A stretch of 55,906 bases of DNA, filler included, from Squatina squatina (taxonomy: Eukaryota): the NCBI GenBank assembly GCA_031763465.1. It is 4 parts of 4 records of this genome, joined end to end, with 100 filler letters (N's around TTAATTAATTAA, not from the genome) between each part and the next. Parts side by side here need not be neighbours in the genome. Positions count along the whole stretch, not along the records: positions 27,624 to 41,229 come from JARFOE010814872.1; positions 41,330 to 55,906 come from JARFOE010000080.1; 2 more parts are not named here. One strand, given 5' to 3'. The position numbers and the translations under genes are program-made. The notes below the pieces were generated by a model. The model was not told the DNA's origin and did no database searches. It was given only the letters and a program-made list of their open reading frames with translations. Shown here one piece after another: positions 35,580-49,206 of this stretch. Numbering within the stretch: the stretch's first letter is position 1; each line of letters starts with the position of its first letter.

Positions 35580-36870
35580 TATAACCATAGAATGGCAGAG
35601 CACAGAAGGTGAGCTATCCAAATTGTTACAAACCCTGCCCTTTTCCAATAGCCCTGCAAGTTTTTCCCTTCAATTATTTACAAATTCTCTTTTGAAAGTA
35701 GATTGTATCTGCTTCAGCCACTCTTTCAGACTCCACATCGCAGATCACAACAACTTGCTGTGTAAAAAAAAAATTCCTCATGTTGCCTATCACCTTAACT
35801 CTTTGTCCTCTGATTACAGACTCGTCTGCCAGTGGAAACAGTTTCAGTTTAATTACTCTGTCCAGACCCCACATGATTTGGAGCACTTCCATAAAATCTC
35901 CTCAGAAACATCTCTGCTCTAAGGGGAACAACCCTAGCTTCTGCAGTCTCTCCTTGGTACGATTGCAGCTCATTTTTAAGGCATTGGCATCCTTCCTAAC
36001 GTCTGGTGCCCAGAGTCAAAACACTCCAGCGGAGGCCTAAACAGTGCGTTACAAAGGCTTTGCACAACCTCCTTGCTTTCTAATCGATGGCTCTGTAATA
36101 AATCCAATTAACTCATCTGTTGTTTAGCATCCTTCTCAAATTGTCCTGGAACTTTCAAAAATGAGTGTATGTACACAGGCCTGAAATTATACCATTTAGC
36201 TTATATTGTTTCTCCTCATTCTCAACATTGCGTTTAACATCATCGGCCACGTGTCTGCCCATGTCACCAGTCTGTCTGTCCTCCATGAAGTGTATTGCTA
36301 TCCAACACATTTTTTACTACATTTCCGAGTTTCTTGTCATCTGAAGATATCGAATTATTTCTTGTACATCCAAATTCATTTAATTAATAGAGATCAAATA
36401 GAGCAGTGGCCCCAGGTAACACCGACCCCTGAGGAACACCACTCTACACTTCCTTGCAATCAGAAAAAAAACAACCATTCACCGCTACTCTGCCTTCTGT
36501 CACCTCGGCAAATGCCTATCTCTGCTGCCACTGTCTTTTAATCCCTTGGGAGATCATTTTGCTTGCAAGTCTATTATGTGGCACTTTGTCAAACGACTTT
36601 GAATGTTCACATGTCCAACATGAAACACGTTACCCTCATAAACCCTCTTCGCTTATTCATCAAAGAAAGCGTTCAGGTTAGACCAACACAATAACCCTTT
36701 AACAAAGCCGGGCTGACTTTCATTTATTAGCCAATCGCTTCCCAAGTGCCAATTAATTTTGTCCTGGATTATTGGCTCTGAAAGTTTCTCCACCACCGAC
36801 CTTGGGCTGACTGTCCTCTACTTGCCGCGTTTATGAGCCTCCTCTGCTTTTTAACAGGGTTGTAAAATCC
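35580..36870 (-). mobile_element. Degenerate CR1 LINE (RT and 3' end)
   Basis: The minus strand has KSFDKVPHNRL and RNFFFTQQVVVI motifs, with many stops. Confidence 0.85.
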
Positions 36871-37334
36871 TTCAGTCAGCTCAAAGAATTGCATAGGCTT
36901 GATTTCGAAATGACTGTGACTGTGCAACTTTTCACTCCATCTACCAGCAGATTGTTCAATGCATTGGGCGAGCTTTAAAATAACTTATCCCTTCCCTCCA
37001 GCTGAGGAGCTTTGGTTCTCCGGGTTGAGGTAAGAACTTGTCCTTCATTAAATAACTGGCTTACTGGGTGTGATTGTGGGAATTGTGAGCCTGATATGGT
37101 TTTTGTAGAAAAAAATAACTTTCCTTGCTGACTATACGCTCCCAAGCTGACAACGTCACGGGATCTTGCTGCACAGTAGGAGGCCATTCGGTTCATCGTT
37201 CTTGTACCGCTGTGCTTTTTCTGTGCTGGGTAATATAACTATCCATGCAATTGTAGAAAGTTGCAGTTAGTTAACCTCAGGAAGTGCAAAAAAATAGCCA
37301 AATATTGTTCTGTAATTGGCTTTTGAAAAACCCT

Positions 37335-37875
37335 TTAGAATGGAGTGTTGTTTCCAGTTCTGGGCAGCACACCTTTAAGTGGCATGTCAATGCTTTGGAT
37401 CAGGTAAATAGGATAATTACCAGAACGGTACCAGGGAAAAATGACTTCAGTTATACGGAGAGACAAGAGAAGCTGGGATTGTTCCTGTTAGAGCAGAGCA
37501 GGTTCAAGGATAATTTATAGCGGTGTTCAAAATCAGGAAGGGTTTTTATCAAGTAGTTAAGAAAAAACTGTTTCCAGTGGCAGAAGTGTCGGTAACCAGA
37601 GGACACAGAATTAGGGTTATTGGCAAAAGAACCAGAGGCAACATAATGAATCATGTTTTACACAGCGAGTTTTTTTGATCTGAAATACATTGCCTGAAGT
37701 TGTGGTGGAAGCAGATTCAATAATATCTTTCAATCGGGAATTGAATCAGCACTTGAACTAGAGCATGTTGTGGGGAAAGAGCAGGGAGCGGGACCAATTG
37801 AATCACTCTTTCAAAGAGCTGGCACAGCATTACGGGCCGAATGGCCTGTTTTCTAGACAATGCTATGAATCTAAG
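37335..37875 (+). mobile_element. CR1 LINE 3' fragment
   Basis: Encodes SYTERQEKLGLFLLEQ. The 3' end reads GGGCCGAATGGCCT. Confidence 0.8.
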
Positions 37876-37889
37876 CTATATCTAAGTAA

Positions 37890-38270
37890 TTTCCAAGTGT
37901 AGTCACTGCTATAATGTAGGAAATACTGCAGTTAATATGCACACATCCATGTCCCACAAACGGTAATGCACTAATGAACAGATAATCTGTTTTTAGGGAA
38001 GTTGCTTGAAGGATAAATATTGGGCCCGACAAATCTTGTTTGAATCAGTGGCGTCGAGGATTTTTACATGCACCAAGGGGAACAATGTTAAAGTTTCAAA
38101 TAGAAGACAGCACCAGGACAATGAATTACTCCCCCAGTACAGCTGCATCTTCAACTTGCTCAGCACTGCACTGGGAGACATGTTGTTGTGTTCAATTCTC
38201 CAGAGTGGGCTCTGAACCACAATCTTCTGACTCCTAAACAAGAGTGTCACCAACTGACCCATGGCAGACC
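37890..38270 (-). mobile_element. DeuSINE-type SINE
   Basis: Reverse complement of the SINE at 13565-13992 (GTGTAGTCACTG..TAATGTAGG, CCCACAAAC, AGATAATCTGTTT). Confidence 0.7.
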
Positions 38271-38619
38271 CTGATGTAAAACTGGTGATAGCGAGTTGCC
38301 AGTCGGGTTTACATCCCTCCCAATGTCTTCAGTTCACAAGAAAATGGGGAGAAACATAAAGCAGACGACCGATTTGCTATCTCCTATTTTACTTGATTAC
38401 GCAAAGTCAATGTCAGGAGTAGCAGTGACTTCTGAACCATTTCGAAATGAAATACATCTACATTTGGTATTCGACGCTTCTGGATCGGTTTTCTTGCCGA
38501 GCCCTCCCCCTGGTGTCGCAAGTTAAATGCTGCCAGAGAACGCAGATCACCCAACTCTGTTAGCACAACTAAATTTCTTGTAAGGTAGGACTGAGGAAGA
38601 AAGGATCACAGGAAGACAG

Positions 38620-39165
38620 GAACATAGAATGAACCATAGGAAGGAGGATAGGAACAGGAGTGGGCTATTCAGCCTTTTAGCCTGTTCAGCAATTCAATTA
38701 TATCATGGCTGATCTGTGGTTTCATCCCATTTACCCTGCTTGGTTCCCTAACCCTTCTTAATACCTTTGGCGAACAAAGATTTATCAGACTCAAATTTGA
38801 AATTTTTAATTAGTCTCAACAGCATTTTGGAGACACTTCCAGATTTCCACTACCCTTATTGTGAAGAATTGCTTTCTGACATCACAACGTTCGAATTTGA
38901 AGATTTTGCCCCTTTGTTCCGGAATCACCCACCAGTTGAGATTGTTCAGTTCGATCCGTTTAATCGTCTTAAACACCCGAATTAGTTCACCATTCAATCT
39001 GTAAAATTCACGTGAGTCCAGGGTGGTGTATGCAACCTGCCCTCATAACTTAACTCTTTTATCCCCGGGAACATGCTGGTGTTTCTGCGCTGCACTCCCT
39101 CCGAGGCCAGTATAAAATTCCTGACATGCATTGCACAGAACTGAATGCAGATGTAACAAAGGCTT
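38620..39165 (-). mobile_element. CR1 LINE 3' fragment
   Basis: Encodes VRKQFFTIRVVEIWKCL, with a CR1 3' end at ~38650-38710. Confidence 0.78.
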
Positions 39166-40284
39166 TGCCTTCGGACATTGGTGTTGCCGTGCCCTGCAGT
39201 CCAAGGATTTGTTCAGTTGGCCTGGGGTTAACGTACCTGGACTTCCGAAAATGGATGCAGTAACACGACACCGCTCTCAGACAAATAATGTTTGAAGAAA
39301 CAGAAGTCAAGACTGACTGATCATTTAACTGGTATTCAATCCCGTTAGTCCCCTTGTGCATAGAATTACACAGAACTTACAGCACAGATACAGGACATTC
39401 ACCCAACTCGTCTGTGCAGCTGATTATGCTCGACACGAACCTGCTCCCCCAATTCTTCATCTCAGTATAAGGATATCCTTCTATTCCTTTCTCCCTTATG
39501 CATTTTTTTCTAGATTACCCTTAAAAACATCTATGCTATTCGGCTCAAATACTCCTTGTAGCAGTGAGTGCCACAATCTAACCACTCTAAGTAAAGAGGT
39601 TAATCGTGAATTGCCTATTGGATGTATTAGTGGCAGTCTTATAGTTATCGACCTTACTTTTTTATCAGCCCACCCCTAATTCCCCCCCACCCCAAATGTG
39701 GAAAGATCTTCTCTGCATCTACCATACGGCAAACCTTTTACAATGACCTCCATAAGGTGACCATCTGGCCTTCTCCTTAACAGAGCATAAAGCCCCAGAC
39801 TTTACAGTCTTCCCTGACAGATTTACCATTTCATGTCTGCTGTCATCTGCTAGTAACATTCCTGACATTCTCATGCGGTGGACGGAGGGTGAGGGCGTGG
39901 TGGTGGGGGGTGGGGGGGCGGTCAAGCTACATTTTCATCTGGAATATGTGCCCCTCAGTCATCAACCTGGCGCTCGTCGGAGCAGCTGGCAGAAACAAAT
40001 ATGCACACACTTCCGTCTCAGAGCCCTGCCGAGGTGATGCTTATCCCCGGGATGAAGACCTCATCAACCCCACACCGTACTACCCCTACCCCTGCTCCCC
40101 ACGCCATACTGAGTTTTAATTTTGAATTCGGAAATCCGGGTAAGAGATCGGATCTGGTTTTGCTCCGTCGTGACTGTCTGGCCATGCCATAAGCTGGTTT
40201 TGCGGTTAACATCCTTGTCTTTGTTATCTGCAGACTGAACTATTCTACTGATCTCCCAGCCGGCCTCCCACATTGCACCTTTGG

Positions 40285-40732
40285 TAAATTTGCAGTCCCG
40301 TTCATTAGTCATCCCAGTGTTTGCTGACATACAATGTCTCCCAGTCAGTCAAAGCTTCCTTTTTAAAATTCTCATCCTTGTGTTCAAATCCCTTCAAGGC
40401 CTCGCCCTCCCTGTCTCTGTAACCTCCTCCAGCCCTGCTGCCCTCCGAGATTTCTGGGCTCCTCCAATTATGCCTTCCCTAATTTTCTCTCCATCACTGG
40501 TGGCCGTGCCTTCAACTGCCAACACCCGAAGCTCTGGAATTCTCTCACTAACCCTCGCCACCTCGCTACCTCTCCTTCTCAAGACGGGACATTGAAACCA
40601 AGTTCTGGATCACCTGTCCTAATATCTCCAAATGTGTTTCAGTGTCTTGTTTTCCCAATGACTTTCCTGTGAATCAGCATGGGACCTTTTACTTGTTAAA
40701 GGAGCTATATTGTACAAATTGTTATTCTTGCT
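40285..40732 (+). mobile_element. L2 LINE 3' fragment
   Basis: Encodes IPVFADIQCLPV...FKILILVFKSLQGLA, followed by the L2 3' UTR. Confidence 0.82.
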
Positions 40733-40956
40733 ATCGTCATGACAGTAACTGTTTGATCCTGTGTTTTTTTTTCTCTTTATGATCAAACGTTAGGATTTGC
40801 AGACAAACCAATTCGTTTATGCGTAATTGTTACATTGGCTGTGCTGCTTCTCTTTTCATTGTAAAAACATGTCTAAATTCCCTCAGGTTGGAGACCCGCA
40901 CTCCAACGATTGGAGCCTGTCTCCGAGATGGACCTGCTCGAGGAGAATGCATATTA

Positions 40957-41178
40957 CTTTTTTGGGAGTAAAACAGGTGTAACAAATAACAATTAACAAA
41001 TTAAACTAAATAACAAAGACTTAAACAAAAACCCCAGTGATTAAAGTAAAACCCGGTTATCCCCAGTGAGGATGCACTCCAGTCCCCCCACCGGTCGCGG
41101 AAGGCCGCGAGTGTGCCGGTGGGACATCGCGTGCTCCCTCTCTAGGGATACCCGGGCGCGAACGTAGCCTCTGGAAAG
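40957..41178 (-). mobile_element. Tx1-clade LINE 3' end
   Basis: The frameshifted minus strand reads RGYVRARVSLEREHAMS/TGTLAAFRDRW..LECILTGDNRVLL* (Tx1-type ORF2 C-terminus), then a T-rich 3' UTR and a short A tail. CpG-rich. Confidence 0.65.
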
Positions 41179-41229
41179 TGATTAACGCCCAACATAGAGT
41201 TCAATGAATTGTTGCAGTTGAAACTGCTT

Positions 41230-41329
41230 NNNNNNNNNNNNNNNNNNNNNNNNNNNNNNNNNNNNNNNNNNNNTTAATTAATTAANNNNNNNNNNNNNNN
41301 NNNNNNNNNNNNNNNNNNNNNNNNNNNNN
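41230..41329. other. Artificial scaffold-joining linker
   Basis: N44-TTAATTAATTAA-N44. Confidence 0.95.
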
Positions 41330-41497
41330 GTGTTCCTGTGGTAAGTGTGTGCCTCTCCCAGTGAGGATTCGGACTCTGTACCAAGTGTTCCTGTGTAAAG
41401 TGCGTGACTCTCCTGGTTCAGTGTTGGACTCTGTAATAAGTGTTCCTGTGTAAAGTGTGTGTCTCTCTCAGTTAGGCGTCGGACTCTGTAACAAGTG
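41330..41497. repeat. 55-bp tandem repeat (3 copies, scaffold edge)
   Basis: GTGTTCCTGTG...GGACTCTGTA.CAA units start at 41330, 41385 and 41440. Confidence 0.85.
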
Positions 41498-41930
41498 GCC
41501 CTTCGAGATTTCTGCACTCCTCCAATTCTGACCTAATGCACTCCTTCACTCCACCATTGGCAGCCGTCAGCTGTCTTAGCCCTGAGCACTGCAGTTCGCA
41601 CCCTCAACGTCTCCAACTGTGCAGCCGCGCTGCACTCTGCAGCACCTGTGCAACCTGCTCACTGGCTTTAAATAGGAAAAACTGCGCATGCATAGTATTT
41701 AGAATAGGCCACACCGGCCCTTAAAGGGCCTCTTGCCCCCCCAAAATTAAAGGAAACATTGCTCTCTACCCCTCTCACCTCCTTAAGTCGCTCCATAAAA
41801 CCTGCATCTTTGACCAAGCTTTTGGTCACCTGTCCTAATATCTCCTTATATGGCTCACTCTCAAATTTTGGCTGATAACTTTTTGTTACTTTAAAGGTGC
41901 TAAATAAAGGCAAGTTTTTGTTGTTGTTTA
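41498..41930 (+). mobile_element. L2 3' fragment interrupted by a DNA-transposon end (~41615-41761)
   Basis: L2 sequence like 51280-51590 resumes at ~41762. The insert ends AAAATTAAAGGAAACATTG, resembling the reverse complement of CAATGTTCCCTCTAATTTT at ~50056. Confidence 0.65.
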
Positions 41931-42300
41931 CAACCTGGAGCATAAAATCTTTATGATGGCATTTTGGTCTTTAATTTATGTCACAATCGGGAACATTCCT
42001 TCTTTGCTGTATGTGTAGAAAAAAAACTTAACCTGTTTATGATTTGGAAACACGTTGCCTGTCATTTTTCTGATTTCAGTGCACATTAAATTGAGAGGAA
42101 TACTTTCTCCATTTCAGTGCAGCATAACATCAAAGCTACTGATTCACCAAAGGTTGACATCTGTTCAGATTTGAACTGGACACACTGATTTTTTGAGTAG
42201 GGCATCCGGAAATCTATCAGATACAAACTGGATGGCAGCTGCTTGCATTTAAAACCAAAAGTGTTCTTTTTCCCACTTTCTTTTCTCTGTCATAATATAA

Positions 42301-42998
42301 AGACCAGAATTTACTGTCCATGTATCAGAACGGCTATGGCGCCATTATGTATAAATGTTACAGCAATGCCAGACGAGGGCCAGATGAGCGGTTAAATGCA
42401 AATGTCCAAAATATCACTTTTGAGATGCATTGAATGGTGTGAAGATGCTGTATTTGCCTGGTAAATACGAAGTAAACTCACCACAGATACTTCGGGCTAG
42501 TAATTACAAGCCTAAGTACCCTTTTAACGACGTGATCAGTGCTCCTGACTGCCAATTAGTCTCTTTGGCCACCAAAAATTAACTCGTCTCATTCCATCAG
42601 GATTTGAATGCTTGGGGTGAAAAAAAAGTCAAAATTTGAATTTTATGAATTTTTTTTACTTACTTTACTTTTCTGTCTTTTTTTCTCTCAATCCAATCTT
42701 TCTTTCCCTCTCTTTATTCCTCTTTCTGTATTTGATTTGACATTGAATTCACCCACTCCAATTGACAATGCCTCCTCAGTGCTTGCGATGTTAGTTGTGC
42801 AATCCTTCAATCTGATTTCTGAAGGCGATACCCAGTTGCTCGCCTGTTCACTCAGGTCCCAGATGCCTGGTTTCCCCTCACTGCGCCGTTATCAGCCAGC
42901 ACTTTCAGCAACTTGTGGCATAAAATATCATCACAATTAAACGGGCAAGGGAAAGTCTAACACTGTCATTCGTTGTCTGCTACAGCAAATTATGGCCC
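42301..42998. mobile_element. ~700-bp MITE with degenerate TIRs
   Basis: AGACCAGAATTTACTGT on the left versus ACAGCAAATTATGGCCC on the right (reverse complement GGGCCATAATTTGCTGT). Confidence 0.5.
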
Positions 42999-45900
42999 AT
43001 TGTTTTCTCTGGTTATGCAGATATCGATGAGGGGCCATCAATTTAAAACAATCACTAAGGGATTGCGGAGAGAGGTTAAGAGAAATTTCTTTATGCGGCA
43101 TGCTTTTGGAGAATGGATTTCTTTGACAAAAAGATTAGTTAAGGCCAAAGCTATTGCATCTTTTAAGGGAAACTCAAGATCAGTATTTAAAGTAGAGAGA
43201 GATATGGAATGATAGGAAAAGAGCTGATTGCTCTAGCGAAGAGCTGGCAAAGACACAATCGGCTGAATGGTCTTCTTCTGTGCTGGATAACACCTTGAAG
43301 CACCTTGGGACATTATACTACATTAAAGGTGTTATACAAATGCATGTTGTTGGTATAATAGTTCACGGCTGGCATTCAGCTCTGATGGCACTCATGGTCT
43401 AATAGCATGCAAACAATCACTGCCTATGCTCATGCAGGAAGAACGACCCCTTGGGTGAGATACTGGAGGACAATACTGCAGCCCAAAAAGTTGAAACGTT
43501 CAGGAGAAGAAGTGAGAAGTGGAAGGAAGGAGGGGGAAAAGAAGCACATTTGATGGCATTTAGCTTGCATAATTCTTTTATTTTTAGAAGCAGTTCCTGA
43601 AGCCATTACACCATGGCCACCTGTGGGCAGATTTGCTTTGATCATCGATCACGGAGAAGCGATTATAGCTCTCCCCTAACTGCTGCAAACTGATCATCCA
43701 GACAGGGTCCCAGGTGGAATGTCAGAATCCATCCAGCCCATTTCTAAGCTGTGTAGTCTCAGCAGATGGTCCTGTCAGTGTGCAGTGAGTCATGAAATTT
43801 CCTCTGCGCGTACTTGCTGTAGGTTTAAAGTGAAGCTTCAGGGTGAGCTGCATGGGAAGAGTCAGTCAATCATGCTCACCAGTTACAGATGAGTTTTAAA
43901 CTTTTGATTGGCTGTAATCAATTTTGGTCCTTGGAATGGGTATGCTGTCCGTTAACTGCCTGAACTGATTCTTTCTCCATTAGTACCTCAGGCAGACTCT
44001 TTTACATCTATTTAGAACTCATTACCAAAAGGGTTTACATTCACAGCCTCTTGGTAATATCTCTGTGCCNNNNNNNNNNNNNNNNNNNNNNNNNNNNNNN
44101 NNNNNNNNNNNNNNNNNNNNNNNNNNNNNNNNNNNNNNNNNNNNNNNNNNNNNNNNNNNNNNNNNNNNNTAAACAATGCCAAATGTGACTCAAAATCATT
44201 TTAAATGACAGGAGGGAAAAGAACACTTCAGTGCATGCAAGTCGTGGCAACAGTTGTGGATTTATACAAATTTAGAGGTAGAGTCCATTTGCATTTAAAT
44301 GGAGAGAAAGCAACAATTTATACAAATCAGGATTGTAAAAACCCAAAGGGCAGATTTTCTTAAGTTTTGGTTCTACTGAGCTAGTAATGATTATAGTCAC
44401 TCAGCTACCATTTGTATTTGGTAATAGATCAGGTTTAGGTTGAATGAGGGTACACTGCAGCTAAACAAACAAGTTGAGAAGACCAGCTCGTTCTTATCAG
44501 GAATACAGCCCAAAATGAGTAGTGAGAATTCCAGACTTGCATCAGATCCATTGAACTGTAGGTGACCAGGCAGATATGGATGAAGGTCAGAGGACTGACC
44601 GTTTCCCCTCTCTCTGTTTCCCCCACCCCCCACAGTTCCCCCCCCACAGTTCCCCCATCACCCCACACTATTTCTTAAATAATTCCAGGGTCTTTCTCCC
44701 CATTACACAATGAACATATGAAACTGACGAGCAGGTAAAGACCAGCTGATCCATCAAGCCTGCCTCACACCATGATGGCTGGACCATTTTGACTAAACAC
44801 TTCTTCCATCACCCCGACACCTCGCACCCCACTCCCCCACCCCCCCAGTCATGTAAACATTGATAGACGTTTCTGGTCTTGCTGGTCCTCCTCTGCTGTG
44901 CCCAGTGCTAGCAGAGCACCTAATCTAGTGGCCCATATCTAGAAACAAATTTTCAATATTCATAACTTTAAGCGAATGCTCCAGCTTTCTCCGTTCAACC
45001 TCTCCCTTTACACCTGCTCTATTTGGGTGAGATGAGGACCACACACCACTGATGCAGTCCTGCACAATGTGGGCACTTCATTATCCCAACTAGCCTCTTA
45101 ATGATTGAAATACTCAATTCTCCGCCACACTCGCACTTTCTTTTCATTTCCCCAGGAATGTTGCTGTATTGCCGTCCCCCTGTTGCTTAGATGCCACTGG
45201 CGTAAGCTTTTATGCTGACGGCAGTCTGGTATTTTACACATAACCAAATGAGCCAAAAAATGCCATTGATTATGTGGAGGTTAAACATCAGCCATTTTGG
45301 AGAACATTAGCGATCCACAGATTTTATTATACTGAAATTTACCAGGACCAAAGATAGTACATCAGCTCAAATGGCTGAAATAGGGATTTTGAAGTGTTTG
45401 ATTATTATTTCCTTGACGTGTGTCATCCAGACTATAAAGCTCTCATGCAATAAATCTATTATTTAAATGTGATGTGTTTTGTTCCACACAGTATTTTCAA
45501 ATTTCTTTTTACCCTTTCTGGGTTTGGATATATCTTAGCTGCATCACATTCCAAATAATCTTTGAAAGACCATAACATACCTTGCAGCCCCAATTCATAT
45601 ACGACCACAAAGCAATTTAGACACAATTGATACGAATCTTAAATCTATTTAATATATTGAACATCTTGGCCTCAAACAAACTCTGCGGTTGACCCTCATC
45701 AGTACATCGACCTCCCAGTCAGTGGATCTCAAGTGTCCACTGGACCAAAGGCCAATGTTTAAATTGTGACGGTCTTCTGTCTTTGTGGGTCTAAGCCAGG
45801 ACCCAGGACTGGGCCCCTAGGTTTTCTACCTGGGTAAGACAGAAGGCCAGTATACCTGCATTCACCCAGAGTACCGGCCATGCAATGAATCCCAGGCCAG

Positions 45901-47497
45901 AGATTTCCCCCCACCCCCTCACCAGCCACGCCTCACTGAAGGAATATGGGACTGATTTAATCAGTAAGCAGGTTACCAGACAATAACATGGATGGTTATC
46001 AGACAGAGGCGAGATGAGGAGACATTTTTGTACACAGCGATTTGTTAAGATCTAGAATGCACCATCGGAAAGGGTGGTAGAAGGAGATTCAATAATAGCT
46101 TTCAAAAGAGAAAACAGAGGCACGATGGGCTGAATGGCCTCTTTCTGTGCTGTACCGTTCTATAATTCTATGATAATAGCTGCGTATACAGAAGGGGTAG
46201 CTGAGTGAGCACTTTAAAGGCCGGGTGGAACAAACATCTGGCAGATAGCTGAACATGAGCGGGTTGGACGGGACAATGGTCCAGCAAGTCTTGGCCTCTG
46301 CCCGTTGAAGTAGGGCTCGTGCTGCACACATGAAGAGAGCTATGGCCTATCACTTTCTGACTGAGGTGCGCGGTATACACATATAAAGTGAGAACAAATC
46401 AGATGGAATCAAAGGTAGAGGGAGAGAAGGAGAAGACATCGGTGAAGAAGAAAAGGAATGACTCATCAACCAACTCCCAAAACTAAGGGACCTGATCACC
46501 CCAACGCTTTGAACTCTGCTCCCCAGGCAAGGTCGTATAATTGCTTTTTTTTGGTAAACTGCTGATATGCACAAATTAAAGCAGTTTTAGAATTATTTCA
46601 CTTCTCTTTGGCTTATTATTAACCATCGGGTCAAATCAAAGACATATCTTTATGCTTCTACACTCTGGGACATAGGAGGTCATGTTTGGGGCAGGAAGTG
46701 GTTCCACACATAACAGACAGAGAAAATTCTTACAGTTCCTACTTTTGATTTTCATAATTATCTTGCCCCTTTGTTTAATTGTGTTATTACTTGGGGGCAC
46801 ATTTATTATTTGGTTTCTAGTTGATGTCACTGGGGCAACTTCTATTAGCCACCAACTTATAATAGGCACTCTACTCCAAAGTATTGTTTCCATCTCCCAC
46901 CTAAACTTTCCTGTTGTCTTTCTTCTTTATCAGTGCCAATTTGTGGGTAGTTTTGTGCCACAGGCTTACGCCCATGTTGTGAACTGGGTTTGAGACTAAA
47001 CCCCATTACCGTTGATAGAGACTTTCAGTCTGCTGTATTCAAACTGAAAGCTGAAAGGGCCATCTTCTCTCTGGCTATCCCAGCCCCTCTCCCTGTGCTT
47101 TGTAAAAAAAACTCAATAGTTTATTTTTCCATTGATGAGCACAGTGCATGGGCACTTTCATATCTGGGAATATGTTTTAATAAGCATTACTTGCACCTGA
47201 ATTAGGACTGTTAACTCGTTTAATTAAGTGCATTAATCTTGAAACATGCTGCCTAGTCACAAAACAGCTAATCTGTGTAAAGTAACAGATGGCAATATTT
47301 AATTGGTTTCCAGCCTATCCTTCTCACCTTAATTCCTAAATCTCCCTCTCTGTTGCATTCTTTTCCTATTTTACCAACAGTACTATGGTCAGTGCTCTTC
47401 TAAACTTTCTCTTTTGTTCTTTCTAAGCTCTATTGATGTTCGTGACGTGTTCCATTCTAGCCGTGGTGGTGTCATAGTACAAGACTTGATTGCATAT

Positions 47498-47906
47498 GAC
47501 GCTCTGGGCCTTGATAGTGTCTGATGCTCTGGGTCTTTGTGGTTTCTTACAATCTGGGCCTTGATAGTGTCTTACGCTCTGGGCCTTGATAATGACTTAT
47601 GCTCTGGGCCTTTGTGGTGTCTGATGCTCTGGGCCTTGATGGTGTCTGACGCCCTGACCCTTGATGGTGTCTGATGCTCTGAGCCTTGATGGTGTCTGAT
47701 GCTCTGGGCCTTGATAGTGTCTGACGCCCTGACCCTTGATGGTGTCTGATGCCCTGACCCTTGATGGTGTCTGACGCCCTGACCCTTGATGGTGTCTGAT
47801 GCTCTGAGCCTTGATGGTGTCTGATGCTCTGAGCCTTGATGGTGTCTGATGCTCTGGGCCTTGATAGTGTCTGACGCCCTGACCCTTGATGGTGTCTGAC
47901 GTTCTG
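47498..47906. repeat. 25-bp minisatellite with two unit variants
   Basis: About 16 copies of TTGATGGTGTCTGATGCTCTGRGCC / TTGATGGTGTCTGACGCCCTGACCC, running into a gap. Confidence 0.93.
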
Positions 47907-48790
47907 NNNNNNNNNNNNNNNNNNNNNNNNNNNNNNNNNNNNNNNNNNNNNNNNNNNNNNNNNNNNNNNNNNNNNNNNNNNNNNNNNNNNNNNNNNNNNN
48001 NNNNNNCTGTGCATGGTACAGCATTTCTAATAAGCAATTTCCATCACCTGAAAGCTGGACTATATTGAGTAGTTACAGCAATTTCCACGCGCTTGCAAAA
48101 AGCCTTCTATCTTTCACAGTATTAGGCTTTGATTTAATTTATTAAAATATAACCTTGAAGCCTTTTAAGTAAGCTGAGATAAGCAAAAAGGAATTCTGTC
48201 TTTTAAACTTCACTCCTTTATAGCTCACTCAGCATAACTGAACTCCTTCCATAAACATGCAAATGAAGTAATAAAGCTGTATAACTAAGATAAGCGATTC
48301 TGAATTTCAACACATTTTGTCAGGGGAAGCAATTAGTACCAGTGTGTTGTTTAATAATCATTTGCTTGTTAACTCTTTAAGTCCACTAGGTAGCTTCCAT
48401 CACTGTCACCTCTGAATTAGCAAAATATTCTTTCATATTTTCTGTTGTGCCCAACTTTTGAAGCCAAGATTCAACTGAACCTATTAAAGCAGGAACAGGG
48501 AAGATTTTCAAAGGCAAACCTGTCCCTTACTCAACTGGTACAGTGTTTCTAAAATAATGGGAGCCCCCAACGTTCTCTGAAATGATGATCAAACAACATA
48601 ATAGCAACACGGTTTATACACTGTCCAGGAAGAATCCAATTTCCTCACTGCAGCTACCCTTAAATAAACTGTTATGTCTGCAGTTCGCTCTGTACATCAC
48701 AACGCACCCGTAAAAAGTAAATGAATCTCGTTAGTTCCTCCATCTCTTCATGACCCGGAAAGGCTTATTAAATTCAAGAACCTTTTTCTG

Positions 48791-48850
48791 TCAGCCATGA
48801 GGATCAGTTCCTGAGCTCTTGCTTGATTGGTTTCTGTAAGCTTGGTTGCT
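48791..48850 (-). CDS. Candidate terminal exon of an unidentified gene
   Basis: tttattcaattcag acceptor. Phase 0 reading is SNQAYRNQSSKSSGTDPHG*, compatible with the exon at 49795-49843. Confidence 0.25.
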   Translation of the reverse strand, partial: SNQAYRNQSSKSSGTDPHG

Positions 48851-49206
48851 CTGAATTGAATAAACATCTTATGAGACCTGCTCACATTTTCTAAATCAGC
48901 AGAGACTTGCTGCAGCTCTGCTCAGTTTACATAGGATATATGGCACAGAAACAGGCCATTCGGCCCAACTAGTCCATGCCGGCGTTTATGCTCCACTCGA
49001 GCCTCCTCCCGTCTTTCCTCTATCAGTAAATCTATCAGTATAACCCTCTATTCCCTTCTCCCTCATATGCTTGTCGAGCCTCCTCTTAAACACATCGATA
49101 CTATTCNNNNNNNNNNNNNNNNNNNNNNNNNNNNNNNNNNNNNNNNNNNNNNNNNNNNNNNNNNNNNNNNNNNNNNNNNNNNNNNNNNNNNNNNNNNNNN
49201 NNNNNN

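Noticed and set aside
46168-46574. Overlapping minus-strand ORFs after a pyrimidine tract
   Set aside because: The ORFs run into a CR1 3' end and no frame gives a recognisable protein.
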